A stretch of 64,000 nt of DNA from Yuukianura sp. NJ FZ-2021 (Eukaryota), in contig CM102289.1 of assembly GCA_046563655.1 (NCBI GenBank), forward strand, positions 7,502,001-7,566,000, written 5' to 3'. The notes beneath the pieces are model-generated. The model had not been told where the DNA came from and searched no databases. It saw only the letters and a program-made list of their open reading frames with translations. Of the stretch, positions 24,504 to 36,552 are shown one piece after another. The translations under genes and the position numbers were made by a program. The number at the start of each line of letters is the position of its first letter. Within the stretch, counting starts at the first letter, position 1.

Positions 24504-25117
24504 TTGCTTCCTAAAAGGATCCAAGAATGACAATGAATGATTACCAAACGAGTGACGGGCACGGTACTAAACTTTAGCATAAATGAAAAGGAATTACGTA
24601 CACGACGACAGTGGTACTCATATTGAGCAGTTCAATGAAAATTCACAGCGTCGTTTCGGATGCACTGGTTGGATGTTGGAAGAGGTGATCTCTGATCAGA
24701 CTTCACCATCCGCTGTCCGTCGGATGTTCACTTATTACGTAATTCCCTTCTGTAATGACAAATGTATAAGTGATAAAAACCAATTTTCCTATCGATTATT
24801 CTGCTGTTCTCTTACCACTTTGTTTTTCGGTTCCAATTCTGTAATAAGTGGAAGTGGAGCAAAGTTTGTTGATATTTTTGACAGGTGAAGTTAGTTCGGG
24901 TCGCGGGTAATGTCAGATGACTGCCTGGAGATGGGTCACAAGGTTACATTCACTGGTCACATGAGAGATGAAATGGAGGACTCAGGTGACATCATCACAA
25001 AGGAGTAACCAAGAAGCGCAGGGCTTCGGGTGCGGTTAAATGTTATATTATAACTTATAAGTAAAGGGATATTATTTCGTTCGGTACGAAGTAAATTACT
25101 CACACGTATTCTTCATT

Positions 25118-26255
25118 ATTAAGTATCGTCAGATACTTATAGGGATCGTAATGGCCGTCCGTCTGTCCGTCTGTCCGTCCGTCCGTCCGTCCGTCTGTCC
25201 GTCCGACTATACTAGCCACAACATCTCTGGAACCGCTGGACCGATTTTCAATCTGTCTTCACAGATGAACTACACATGGTCCAGGGGTGAACAAGTTGTT
25301 TTCGGTTTGACCGGAAGTGGCCAACTTCCGGGTCAAAGGTCAAGGTCAAGTACATTTTCGACGGAATTTGGACAAATGGCCTCTACAAAAGTTGTTCATT
25401 TCATTGAGGGGAACAACTTTGCTGTAGGTGACCTTGACCTTTGACCTACGGTTCTGGAGATATAGACGATGAAAGTTGCAAAATGGCGTCGCTCATTCTA
25501 CGCGCGTCTATAACTCAGGAACCACAGGACCGATTTTCAACCTGTCTTCGCAGATGACCTTCACATAGTACAGGGGTGACTAATCGGTCTCTGGTTTGAC
25601 CGGAAGTGGCCAATTTCTGGGTCAAAGGTCAAGGCCAAGCACATTTTTTCACGGAAATCAAAAAAATGACCCTTACAAAAGGTGTTCATCGCATTGAGAC
25701 AACTTTGTGACCTTACAGCTTTTTAATGAGTAACTACAAACCAGATGACTAAAAATCAGATTTTGGATTCACCTTAAGTGACCTCTATTGGTCACTTAAC
25801 ATAGGTCAGGTCAAGGTTATGCTCCATTTACATCACGGAAACGGATGGGCAGACTCGGAAGGGGAATGCGGGGATCCGATTTTGATGAGCTTGAGTGGCC
25901 TCTAGCAGGGTCAAAGGTCAAGCTCATCTTTTTTTTCCACAATTCGGGGATGGATTTTTGACGCCGCGAGGATTAATATTATTAATAATATATTAATTAA
26001 TATTAATATTATATATATATTAAAATTAATTAATTTTAATATTGTATATATTAATATTAATTAATATATAGATATTAATATTAATATTATTAATTAATAT
26101 AATATTAGCATTAAGATTAATATAATGCCGAATGCTCTTTGACCTCAAGTTACCTCTAACAATAATCAGAGGTCTAGGTCAACAATATACGGCGCCGGAA
26201 TTCTCTATAATTGATCTGACGATACTTATTTACATCGTCTTTGCAAGAAGTTTAT
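25118..26255 (+). mobile_element. DINE-1/HINE-like non-autonomous Helentron-type element
   Basis: Subterminal inverted repeats TAAGTATCGTCAGAT (25120) / ATCTGACGATACTTA (26214), a 5' palindrome, a (GTCY)n microsatellite at 25157-25205, an internal ~200-bp duplication and an AT-rich tract. Absent from the paralogous site at ~29000. Confidence 0.75.
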
Positions 26256-27407
26256 TATTTAATTACTAATTAAATAACAAATTATTATTATTCTAGTCTG
26301 GTTACGCCGTTAGGTTCAACAGTTTCCCTACGTTAGCACAGCACCCTTGTTAATAAACATGTTAATTATTATACCTTAGCATGAAGAAAAAGAACTATTG
26401 TAATTTATTTTAAATTTCTGCCTTTTTCAACAATAATCCCAGTATTGTGATTAAATTTTTTTTTATTTTTTATTTTTAGAAGTTAATTCTCACTTCCCAA
26501 AATGATTGTAAACAATCCTACTATGAAATGAATCAAAATTTCGAATAATTGTATTATACAAATTTTGTGTTCCAAATTGAAGAAACGGAAAAGTTTTTGA
26601 AAATTAAAAAGAGATGCTCCGTGCGCAACGTTAACACCACTGCAGCAGTGGCACTGGTGCAGGTTTGAGGCGGCGGACTTTTGAGCATATATGGTACGTA
26701 CTAATCTTTTTTTAGGCATTTGCGTCTTGCGTGTGTGTGGTTCATCTTTTAAGTGGATTTTCACACCATATTTCCTGGTTGGTGATGCTTATGATGATGA
26801 TGATGATGATGAGGGTGGTACTTTATGCCAGGAAGGGGAGGGGCTCTCTAGGATTAACGCCAGCCGAACGAACAAGCATTACAGTTAACGATTTAGCAGC
26901 ATAATTCCCAACAAAATTTTCCATGCTATCATCGTATCTTATATGTACATTTAGTTGTGGAATCACTGCGCATGCTCAAAGCTGGAGAAAGTTGGCAGCG
27001 CCCGACAATAAAACAATTTAATTAAACTTGCTTTTCCCTAAAATTACTACACATGAAAGAATAGGCGACAAGATGTACAAAGTTTTAAAAATCGTCACCA
27101 AACTCTATTCGTATTGTTATGCATATTTCAATGAGAGCTATAGTTAGATTTCCATGCATCTCATTTTTGTTTTCAAAACGGCTTGAAGAATGAAGATGTT
27201 AGAAAATTCATTGCATCATCTTCTGCGAAAGATTTCGGTTTATTTGAGTTTTGGAACCGAGGTTCGAGAAAACGTCGGCTTTAGTTTTTCTGCCCCGAGT
27301 CTAGTGCAACCACCACGAAGGAATTTTTTTTTTCGTTCGTCAACAAAGTCGAGAAATAGGCTCCCAGGATAGTTTCAGACGATGAGTGTAGCTGAATATT
27401 TTAAACC

Positions 27408-27566
27408 ATGTCAACTGCTGCCGAATGTAACAAATGTGTTATCTGTGAACTTCCAGCAAGTTCATAATGTTCCGCATGTGGAACAGCATAATCTTTGAAG
27501 TCACATAAAAAATTGGACTGGAAAAAGCACAAAGGTCAATGCACTCCGTACAAAATATCAGAATCT
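27408..27566 (+). pseudogene. Decayed duplicate of SMYD exon 1 (MYND finger)
   Basis: Aligns with 29674-29835 but has in-frame TAA stops and deletions. Upstream flanks also align (26727 vs 29356; 27120-27295 vs 29465-29630). Confidence 0.88.
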
Positions 27567-27984
27567 AGATAGATATTAATAGATTACCTAACATCAAATA
27601 AGCTTTTTGTCATATTTCGTATTTGTAAAAGAGCTGGTAAAGCGTCTTTCCTCACCTTGCGCCACAGACGCACTGCGCATGCATACTATGTTCCGTTACA
27701 CGCTACAGCCAGCCAGCCCAGCACTTTGGCTGCCAAGGGCTCACATAAGGGCCCTCTCCCACCTCTCAATTTGCTGAAACCAAGCATAATCAATAATAGT
27801 AGGAGACAGCTGGTGATGCACTAAGTTCTAGTATAAGCAAGCCAATTACTTGAAACCGTGAATCACTCACTCCGTCACAACAAAGGAAGAAAAACAGGAC
27901 GTAGAAACAAGTTCCTTCGTTTTGTGTTCCCTCAATCCTTCCAAAAGAACAAATTATCGAGGTACGTAGAATTTTAAACTGGGT

Positions 27985-28960
27985 AAAAAACTTGGGCTAC
28001 ACGGTTCGGCTACAATGAGCGTGGTTGACGTGTACTTTATCGAAAAGTATTGTACAGAAACGGTCAAGCAGGTTTGTTGACTTGTTATAATATTTGCATA
28101 TTGTATTGATCAAAATTTTGAAAAAATTCCACAAAAAAAAAAAACAAAAACAAAAAACATTAAATTCCGAATTGCATGGAATTTATTGCAGCAAAACTCA
28201 TTTGTCGTAGGCTGTCACTTGGGTTAGGAGGTGGAAGTGTGGAAGCGGAGTGTTTGTCACTGGATATCATAGCCTTGGGTATCCTTGTCACTGAAGTTTT
28301 TCTTTGTCCATGTTTTAGTTGACTATGCACTGAGTTTACCTTGAAATTGTTGCGTCTACAGTTAGTTTTTTTTTTAAATTTTAATCATATATGTAATTTT
28401 TTTTAACGTAAGTATTTGTAGCCTGTAAGAGGATGGAAAAACAGCAAGCTCCACCAACCAAACACCAACCTACTTCGCCCAAGAAACCCAGCTTGGATTT
28501 GACAGAGCTCCAACGACGGACGCTTGAGGCTATTTTTAAAGTGAGTTAAATTTAATTATCTAAATTAACCCAATATAATATTAAGCTTTTTTGATCTCTG
28601 ACCTTGTGATATTCTTAGCAAACAACGCGACCTTCTAAGGAATTGCAGGAGACGATTGCACGTCAACTGATGCTCGAACTAAAGACCGTTGACATCTTCT
28701 TCACGAACGCACGGCGTCGCTCCATGGCAGGAGGATACAGAGGTGTAGCGTAGCCCATTTTTGCGTAGCCACCCATTGTAGCCACAAAAGATGGCTGCAC
28801 CAGCTACAACAAGGTTATTGATTCAGTTGAGAATCAAAAAACCTTGGGCTATACGTTTCGGCTACAATGAGCGTGGTTGAAGTGTACTTTAACAAGAACT
28901 ATTGTACTGAAACGGTTAAGATTTGTTTGAGTTGTTATATTATTTGCATATTGTATTGAT
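27985..28960. repeat. Pair of ~125-bp direct repeats (27985-28110, 28836-28960) flanking the homeobox
   Basis: Both copies read cttgggcta..cggctacaatgagcgtggttga.gtgtacttta...atttgcatattgtattgat. Confidence 0.9.
28433..28753 (+). CDS. Onecut-type homeodomain-only ORF, 80 aa (exons 28433-28540, 28619-28753)
   Basis: Spliced translation MEKQQAPPTKHQPTSPKKPSLDLTELQRRTLEAIFK|QTTRPSKELQETIARQLMLELKTVDIFFTNARRRSMAGGYRGVA resembles the Onecut homeodomain. Absent from the ORF track. Confidence 0.75.
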
Positions 28961-29673
28961 TAAGTAAATAATATTTCGTTTGGTATGTAGTAAAGAACTC
29001 TTACTTACTATTACTTAATTGCAAATTATATACAAATATACAAATAACATAACTAATCATTGTTCATAATCTGGTTACGGCATTAGATTCGAAAGTTTGA
29101 AATGTTTATGTTCACAAACCATAGTGATGTTAAACTACATACTCTCGCAGTGCAGAAATTAGAACTCAAAGAGGAACTTGACTCTAAATAATTTTAAGTT
29201 TCTGTCTTTTAAAGAGATTGCTGTTTTGTTTAGTAAACATAAAAAAGAAATTCGCAGTAGGCAACCATTGCTGCTTTTTTGAGAATGCAGACTTTGGAGC
29301 ACACACAATACATTATCTTTATCGATATAATTAAACGATGCATCTCCTTTACTCACTTGCGTGTGTGTGGTTCATCTTTTAAGTGGATTTTCGCACTAAG
29401 CGACAAGATGCCCACAGTTTAAGAAAATCGTCACAACACTCAATATCTATTCCTACCTAAATGTGTATTTTTGAATGAGAGCTATATTTAGACTTCCATG
29501 CACCTCATTTTTGTTTTCAAAATGGCTTGAAGATGTACAAAATGCATTGCATTATTTTCTGCGAAAGATTTCGGATACTTTGGGTTTTGGAACCGAGATT
29601 CGGGACCACGTCGGCTTTAGTTTTTCTGCCCCTTTTCTGCTTTAGTTTTTAGTGCCACTGAATATTTTAAAGC

Positions 29674-31784
29674 ATGTCAAGTACTACTGAAGGTAACAAA
29701 TGTATTGTCTGTGCACTTCCAGCAAGTTCACGATGTTCAGCATGTGGAACAGCATCATATTGTTCGAAGCCACATCAAAAATTGGACTGGAAGAAGCACA
29801 AAGGTCAATGCACTCCGTACAAAATATCAGAATCTTCCGAACTTGGGCGCTACTTAACTGCTACGCGTGATATTAAACCTGGAGAAATCATTCTGCAAGA
29901 GCCGCCATTGGTTGTCTGTCCACCGAGGATAACGTTACCAATCTGTCTCGGATGTTATTCCGAATTTGAAGATCCGGAAGATGAACTTGACAAAGATGCT
30001 AACGGTACGGTTACATTTTTTTTTGTATTTCGTACCAAATCAAAATTTTTGAAATTTAAACAAAAGAATTTTATGCATTTATGATTATAGTACCGATCCA
30101 ACCACTCATGCGTCCTGGTCAGTGTTCCAGAAACTGTGGATTTCCATGTTGTGAGTCTAGAAGTTGCTTAGAAGCTGTTGCGCATGAACCGGAATGTAGC
30201 GCAGCATTGACACGAGGTGGCGTTAAAATTCGCGATTTTGGCAACGTTCACCCGACTTACGAAGCAGTTGGAGTTCTCCGAATACTTGCATTGAAGGAAA
30301 AGAAACCACAAGAATTTACGAAATTTATGAGCCTCAAGTCACATGACACGCCGGTGGAAGGTTTGAACTTGACTCCAGAAGAAGAAGAATTTGAAAAAGA
30401 AAAGCGCGGGAGCGCGACACGGCTTGTTGCTCTTGTTCAAGATTTTTTTCGGAAAAGTGATGCTGGGAAGGAAGAAATTCTAAAAATTTTGAGCATTCTG
30501 GAAACGAATGCCCACGAAATTCCAATTCCGGATGTTAATGGACAAAATACGAGGCACTTGATTGGTTAGCAGAAAACAATTATTTTCAAAAAGTGTTTTT
30601 TTTTAACTTCTATTTTCTTAATGTTTTTTAGGTGTCTATCACACCAGTTCGTTTTTGGAACACAACTGTATACCAAACTGCATCAAAACGTGGGACCACT
30701 CAACCGCCACCGCTACAGAAACCCACGAAATTCAAATTCGCGCTTCTTTGCCGATCAAACGCGGCGACCATCTTTCAATTTCCTACGTTGATCCAATGTG
30801 GGGCACTGAAGACCGGCGCCATTTTTTGGAAATCAGCAAAAACTTCAAGTGCCAATGCAAAAGATGCTTAGATCCAACTGAACTCGGTACAAACTTTAGT
30901 TCAGTCAGATGTCAACAGGCGGCGTGTCTCATGCACTGTGACACCGATCGGAAGAGCACTAAAGGCTTAGTCGTTCCAGCGATAGACTCCAACGAAAGTC
31001 ATTGGATATGTAACAATTGTTCAGAAACGTATTCTCCAGCATACGTCAACAGTATTGTCCAAAAGGCGGGAATGGAATTGAAAAAATTGCATGAAAGCTA
31101 CGGAAGTTTTGATGCCGAAGAAGAATTTCTTAGAAAATTTAGTCGTCTTTTGTCACCAAATCATTTTTATCTAATGGAAATCAAACTCGGATTGGCTCAA
31201 ATTTATGGTCGGGCACAAGATGAGCCACTTCCAATTTTACCGCCAAAAAAACTGATGCGAAAATTGCAACTTTGCGAAGAACTACTTTCAGTTTTTGATG
31301 TAATCCTACCGGGTAAGTTGCTAAAACAAAACAAAAATTGAAAAACTCGTACCCACACAAGGCTTTTGCTACAAAATATTTGAACGGTGGAATTTGAATT
31401 GCGAGCATTCCAAAACTGTAAAAATTTCCCGCCATTTTTTTTTCAACAGGCTACAATCGATTGAGAGCTCTGATACTCTACGAAAAACAGGCAGCGATGA
31501 GCACGTTAAGCAAACGCAAGAGAGCCGTTGACGAGATTTCTGTCGCCAGGCATCGGGAAGAGCTACTTGTAAGGATTTTGAAAATAAAACGCACGCGTAA
31601 TGCGTATTGTAAAATTTGAATTTCACTGACATTTTTAAATTTACAGGCTTGTACAAAATGGCTTGTGGAAGCAGTACTTGTAATGGGCTGGGAACATCCT
31701 AATTCAGTGGAAAGAAAACGTTCCGAAGGCGGTCAATCGGAATTGGATGAACTCAAACTTTTGATAATTGGCGCGGAACTTTAA
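29674..31784 (+). CDS. SET and MYND domain protein (arthropod SmydA-like), 5 exons
   Basis: MYND finger CIVC..CSAC..YCSKPHQKLDWKKHK..C, LGRYLTATRDIKPGEIIL, LEHNCIPN, GDHLSISY, and post-SET FKCQCKRCLDPTELGT. Confidence 0.92.
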
Positions 31785-32201
31785 ACTCACAAAAGCTGAC
31801 AAGCACGAGAGCACGTCCACAAACTTTTTAAACCTAATCAATTGCTAAATTAGCGGGAAACAGTCATTTTACTTAAGAAACAGCTGATTATAGTGGCACA
31901 TGTCACACGACATGCTTTAAGCGGTCATCAACCTACTGTTCTTTTGGTTGCGTTTTAAGTTGACCTCAACTACAAATAACTGAAAACAGGTTCATTAAAT
32001 TGTAGTTAACTTTAAGTATCGTCTTGATAAAAAAAATATTTCAAAACCTTCATAACCCCATTATTGGCGCGCTTTTTAAACTTGAAATTGTGCTGTGCCA
32101 TTCGTTCAGTTACCCAAACGCTTCTCCTGCGTTTAAAAAAGTTAAAGAAATAAATTAAAAACGATATAAACTGTATTAAATTGTGAATTAATCAACTGAA
32201 T

Positions 32202-32579
32202 ATGCCTAGCATATTCCTAACGTTTTACCTACTTTACTTGGTCAACCGTGTCGTTGCAGTACGAGACATAAATGGCACAGTTGTGGTGGATGCGAATGCA
32301 ACTTTACCGGATGTGCCCACTACTGTAAACACTACTTTACCAGGATTGCCGTGTGAGCTGTACATCACCGCACTATTTGCACTTCCGGTTGCCCAGATCA
32401 GTGGGATTTGCAGCACGGATGAAATACAAGACAGAATTTGTTGCCAAAATGTCATTGTACTTGGAGTTGGAACGATGGGAGCTGTGGCCATTACTGAAAG
32501 TTGTCCAATACCACAGTACTGCTGTATTCTCAAAGCTGACGTTGACCATATCACTGGACCAGTAACAGTATTTTGTTAG
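32202..32579 (+). CDS. Small secreted 8-cysteine protein, unknown family
   Basis: Signal-like N-terminus, Thr-rich linker with three N-x-T sequons, and Cys pattern C-x18-C-x9-CC-x19-C-x5-CC-x16-C. Confidence 0.65.
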   Translation: MPSIFLTFYLLYLVNRVVAVRDINGTVVVDANATLPDVPTTVNTTLPGLPCELYITALFALPVAQISGICSTDEIQDRICCQNVIVLGVGTMGAVAITESCPIPQYCCILKADVDHITGPVTVFC

Positions 32580-32924
32580 AAGAAGTCAAGAGTTGCATAA
32601 TTTACCGTAGAACATTACCAACAACGTCACTAACATATATTTAATGCGAATAAATATTATAAAAACACTCCTACATAACTAATTTGCGATTTTAGTTACA
32701 AACTGGGGGGTAATAAAGTGAATGTTAAACAGTACAAAATGCGAGACGTTATTTCTTATTTACGTTAGTGTTTAGGCTACCCGGCATTAATATGTCAGTC
32801 TAAAACTAAATTTCATAACATTAAACGTTGTACTTCGCAAGGAAGAATGGACAGAGGGTGTGGCTCACATGGATGTCGAAATACCCACAACGACAAAATC
32901 GACAGCGAAGTTATAATAATGATA

Positions 32925-34474
32925 TCAAAAGAATATTTGGTGATTAACGTTGAGGTGGCATTTCATATTTGTAGTGCTGGTACTCCTTTTGTACTTTCTG
33001 AAATTCAACGAGGAAGTTTATAAGTGGCTGGATCAAACTTAAGTTGTGTTAATCTGACTTACTTGTCACAGTAATTACATTGAGAACATAATTCACTTTC
33101 GTCTTCATCGGAGGGAACAGTGGTGAAGTGCAGCCAAACACCACTTCTTTTCTGTCGATTATAGATTGGGTCAGCATCATCTGGATATTCCGAAGCCAAA
33201 CCTAATGAAACCATGTTTTATTCTTAGACGTGGAATAAAATCAAACATAATCCTATATGGGTGACGGCGAAATTACCTTCTTGAACGGCAGCTATAGGCA
33301 CTGAATTGATGTCGCCGTTTCCATCAGTCGACGTATTAGTATTCGAAGAAAATAGGGCACGAGGATTTCCTTTGGATGAGGTCCAATTATCTAAACCAAA
33401 CATTGTAATTGAACAGGTAATAGTTTAAAACCTCTAATAATTGTTGTTATTTTCTTACCGGTATCGGTAGCATGCTTACAGTCATTCGGCTCTACGACTT
33501 CTGGTTCAGAATCGAGTCCTTCCAGGTTCTGGAGTGCCGCAGCCTTTCTTCTCTGAAGCCGAAACCGATACGAAATATTCAGCGTTTCGATGAATTAGCC
33601 AGTGTAGTAATACTCTATTTGAATTCAAAGGTTTCTTACGGCATAAAAAGTATCAGCAAATAATTGTAGGTTCTCCATACTTGTTAGACCTGGAATTTGA
33701 CCAAATCGACCCGGAGAATCTTGTACCGTATTATGCGGTAATCTCGGGATGGACAACTCTGTGTTACTTTGTTTGAACCGCTTTTGTACACGAGAAGCTG
33801 CTGGTTCATCTGGTACGAATTGAGTCTTTTGCCGTTGCCGCTGAACGTCGGTCCTCTTCCTCGTCTCTCCGTGAAAATTTGAAGAAGGGATTGCATTTGC
33901 GGAAGAAGAATCGGGTGGTTGTAATGGGGCAATGTCCACAGCAGTTGGTTCAGTTAGAAAGGTGTCTAATTCGACACGCGAATTCAGTAATTCATCATAG
34001 ATATTGTTCCTTGTATCAGTAGGGGAAGTTTCTGGTGAAACGTCAGACAATCCGCGTATCTTTAGTTCCTTAGCAAGTTCCAGGATACTTTGTAGTTGAT
34101 CATGTGACACGCTAACTTCTCCCCGGTACATGTAATGTACCAATGCTTCTAGCTCTGCGTATTTGACTCCACGTAAATACAGAATCGGTGTTTTGTTCCC
34201 AGCCTCCCCAATTCCAAAGATCTCCTACAAACGCAGCAAAAATTGTTGAAATTACATGTAAATCTTTACAAAAAATGTCTAAGAATTGATATTGAAAAAA
34301 ACACACCTGAAAGTATGGACTACAAGCCGAAAGAACGACCTTGTGAGCTCGAATTAGTTTCCCGTCACAAGCAAGTGTAACGTCAACAAGCGATTCGGTT
34401 GACAGCAGCGTGTCAAACATCGCAATCACTGTAGCTTTATGAGTAGTCCATTTTAGATTAATTTTACCTTCCAT
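32925..34474 (-). CDS. Tramtrack/bab-type BTB protein with C-terminal BED zinc finger
   Basis: BTB LVDVTLACDGKLIRAHKVVLSACSPYFQ...YMYRGEV. The last two exons splice to RSGVWLHF...VQCNYCDK|KYKRSTSTTNMKCHLNVNH. Middle exon boundaries are less certain. Confidence 0.82.
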
Positions 34475-35076
34475 TTCGTAAAACTTGATATGTATCTACA
34501 ATTAAATAAAATACTTGGTTAACGTTATTGTTCGAATGTTCTTATGTTTAAATCTTCGGATACACCATAAATTAAGAAATGTAAACTCACCCCGATTTTT
34601 AAGTCAACAATATAGCCGGAATCTGAACAATAAGTTAATGGAATGGAAAGGAATGTCAACGTCAACTTAACTTTACGTTGTTATCTCTATTCTCTAATAA
34701 TGTCATTGTCAAAATATTTAAATTTTGTATGTTAATTGGAACTGAACTAACGGTTACACACAAAGAACAACCCCCGAAATTCAGGCCACCTCTATGGGCA
34801 TCATATTTCAAAAAAGGCACAAAAATTTACCTTAATTATTATCTTAGTTGATTAGTAATTCATGAATTATTGTATTTAATACATTAATAATTAATACTTT
34901 ACTTAATTAAAGCAGTAACATAGTAACGCATGGTACTAAATTTGTTGGTATGGCGTTGATCAAACATTTATATTTAATGTCATATGAATATTTTTAATAA
35001 ACAATGTTAGGCGAAATTTGAAGTTTCCGCGAAGTTACAGCTTCCCGGGAAAATCGTATTGCAGCTGGAGTACACG

Positions 35077-35439
35077 ATGTTTCCAAAACGGTTTCGTCGT
35101 ATTGACATTCCCGATGCTGAAATCGAGCCACCGATCGTCATGTTACGAAGTAACAATCGTGTTTTACCGTTATCCTCGTCATCAACTAATTCATGGACAT
35201 CAAATCGAATGAAACGACACAAAAGTAATGCGAAAGGAGGAGTAAAATCGGTTCCATTAATTTCACGGAAGAAATCCTGGTTCAAGCGATTCACCGGTAC
35301 AGACTGCTTTCTGTACTTTGTTCTTTTCGGAATCTGCATCAACACTACGCTCATTTTTCTGTACATTACGCTGACCTGGACAGGCCAACTCCAGCCGTTT
35401 CTGGAGCTTTTGATTCAACAAACGGCAGGGGACCCTTGA
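35077..35439 (+). CDS. Small single-pass membrane protein, unknown
   Basis: ATG-initiated ORF with a basic region and hydrophobic CFLYFVLFGICINTTLIFLYITL; AATAAA downstream. Confidence 0.5.
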   Translation: MFPKRFRRIDIPDAEIEPPIVMLRSNNRVLPLSSSSTNSWTSNRMKRHKSNAKGGVKSVPLISRKKSWFKRFTGTDCFLYFVLFGICINTTLIFLYITLTWTGQLQPFLELLIQQTAGDP

Positions 35440-36552
35440 TTTCAATAACGTTTCAATAATTATTCAATATAACAAACTGAAACTAGTCATAGAAATTGAC
35501 TTTGTTAAAAACGTTCAGAAAGTGAAATGTAATTAAGAAGTTCTAAACTTGTCGTTTTAATTTTTGGAATAAAGTGTCTAAACTATTAAAAACCGCGGCT
35601 AACTTTAAAAATTATTTTTTTCAGTTTATTGAAAAACGTAACTAAAAAATAACAAAAATATAAAAAATATACCATGCAACTTTTCCTATAAATTTTTAAA
35701 TCCAACAACGTAACCTATAGCATTGCCATTTACTATGATATGTTTCAGGTTAAGGTCAAAGGTCAATGACCTTGTCCAAATTGGAAAAATGAGTGAAGGA
35801 CATCTTCAAATCCGCCTTCTCGAATCGGCACTTCCATCGACAAGCTTTTATTCAACGGTTCGGCAACGGCTTCAACGTAGTCCATTCTGTCCTCCATAGT
35901 TTGAAACTGTTGTTGCTGCTGCTGTTCTTGTACTTGGTCATAAATTTCCCTAAAATTTTAACAAAGTTGTTAATTCCAAAACAAAAACTAATAATTTCTG
36001 AATCTCAAAGTTTGCAAAATTTCATAAAGCATAACTGATTTTCAGTTCCAGCTTCTGGAATGAAGTCACTGAATGTTTATAGAAAAATAATTTAAGTTGA
36101 AATTATTTTTATTGCTTACTTTTATTCGCGTCGCTTTTCAAATTTTTTTTTAAATTGTCTTTGTTTTTGAAGTCAAATGAAATAGTCCGTGTGCAACAGT
36201 GCTGAACCGGAAGAGCTATAAAACGAAAACCTAAATTAGTGAGTGTGTGATTTTGTTATGAAAATATTTTTTTGCACTTGCAAAACTAACTGTATTCAAC
36301 TAATTTTTTAATTTAAAATTAATTTATGATTGAGTCATGATGCATACTAGAAGATGCATCAATTAATTTCTTTGAATGCTTCAGTGACATTTGAGAATTT
36401 GAGGTCACTCAATATTACGAGAGCGGCAAGAACCAATTAATTCAGTTTCTGAGGCTCTACCAACACATTTCACTCGTCATTTCATCAAAATTGCGTTTTC
36501 AATTAATCGTACGCACATCAACACAAAAACTAAAGAAAAGTCAAAACAAATT

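Noticed and set aside
25151..25444. ORF MAVRLSVCPSVRPSVCPS
   Set aside because: Translation of the GTCY microsatellite of the HINE-like element.
35766..36220. Possible small minus-strand gene (EIYDQVQEQQQQQQ...FGQGH*)
   Set aside because: Plausible exons with splice sites, but no start or family could be established.
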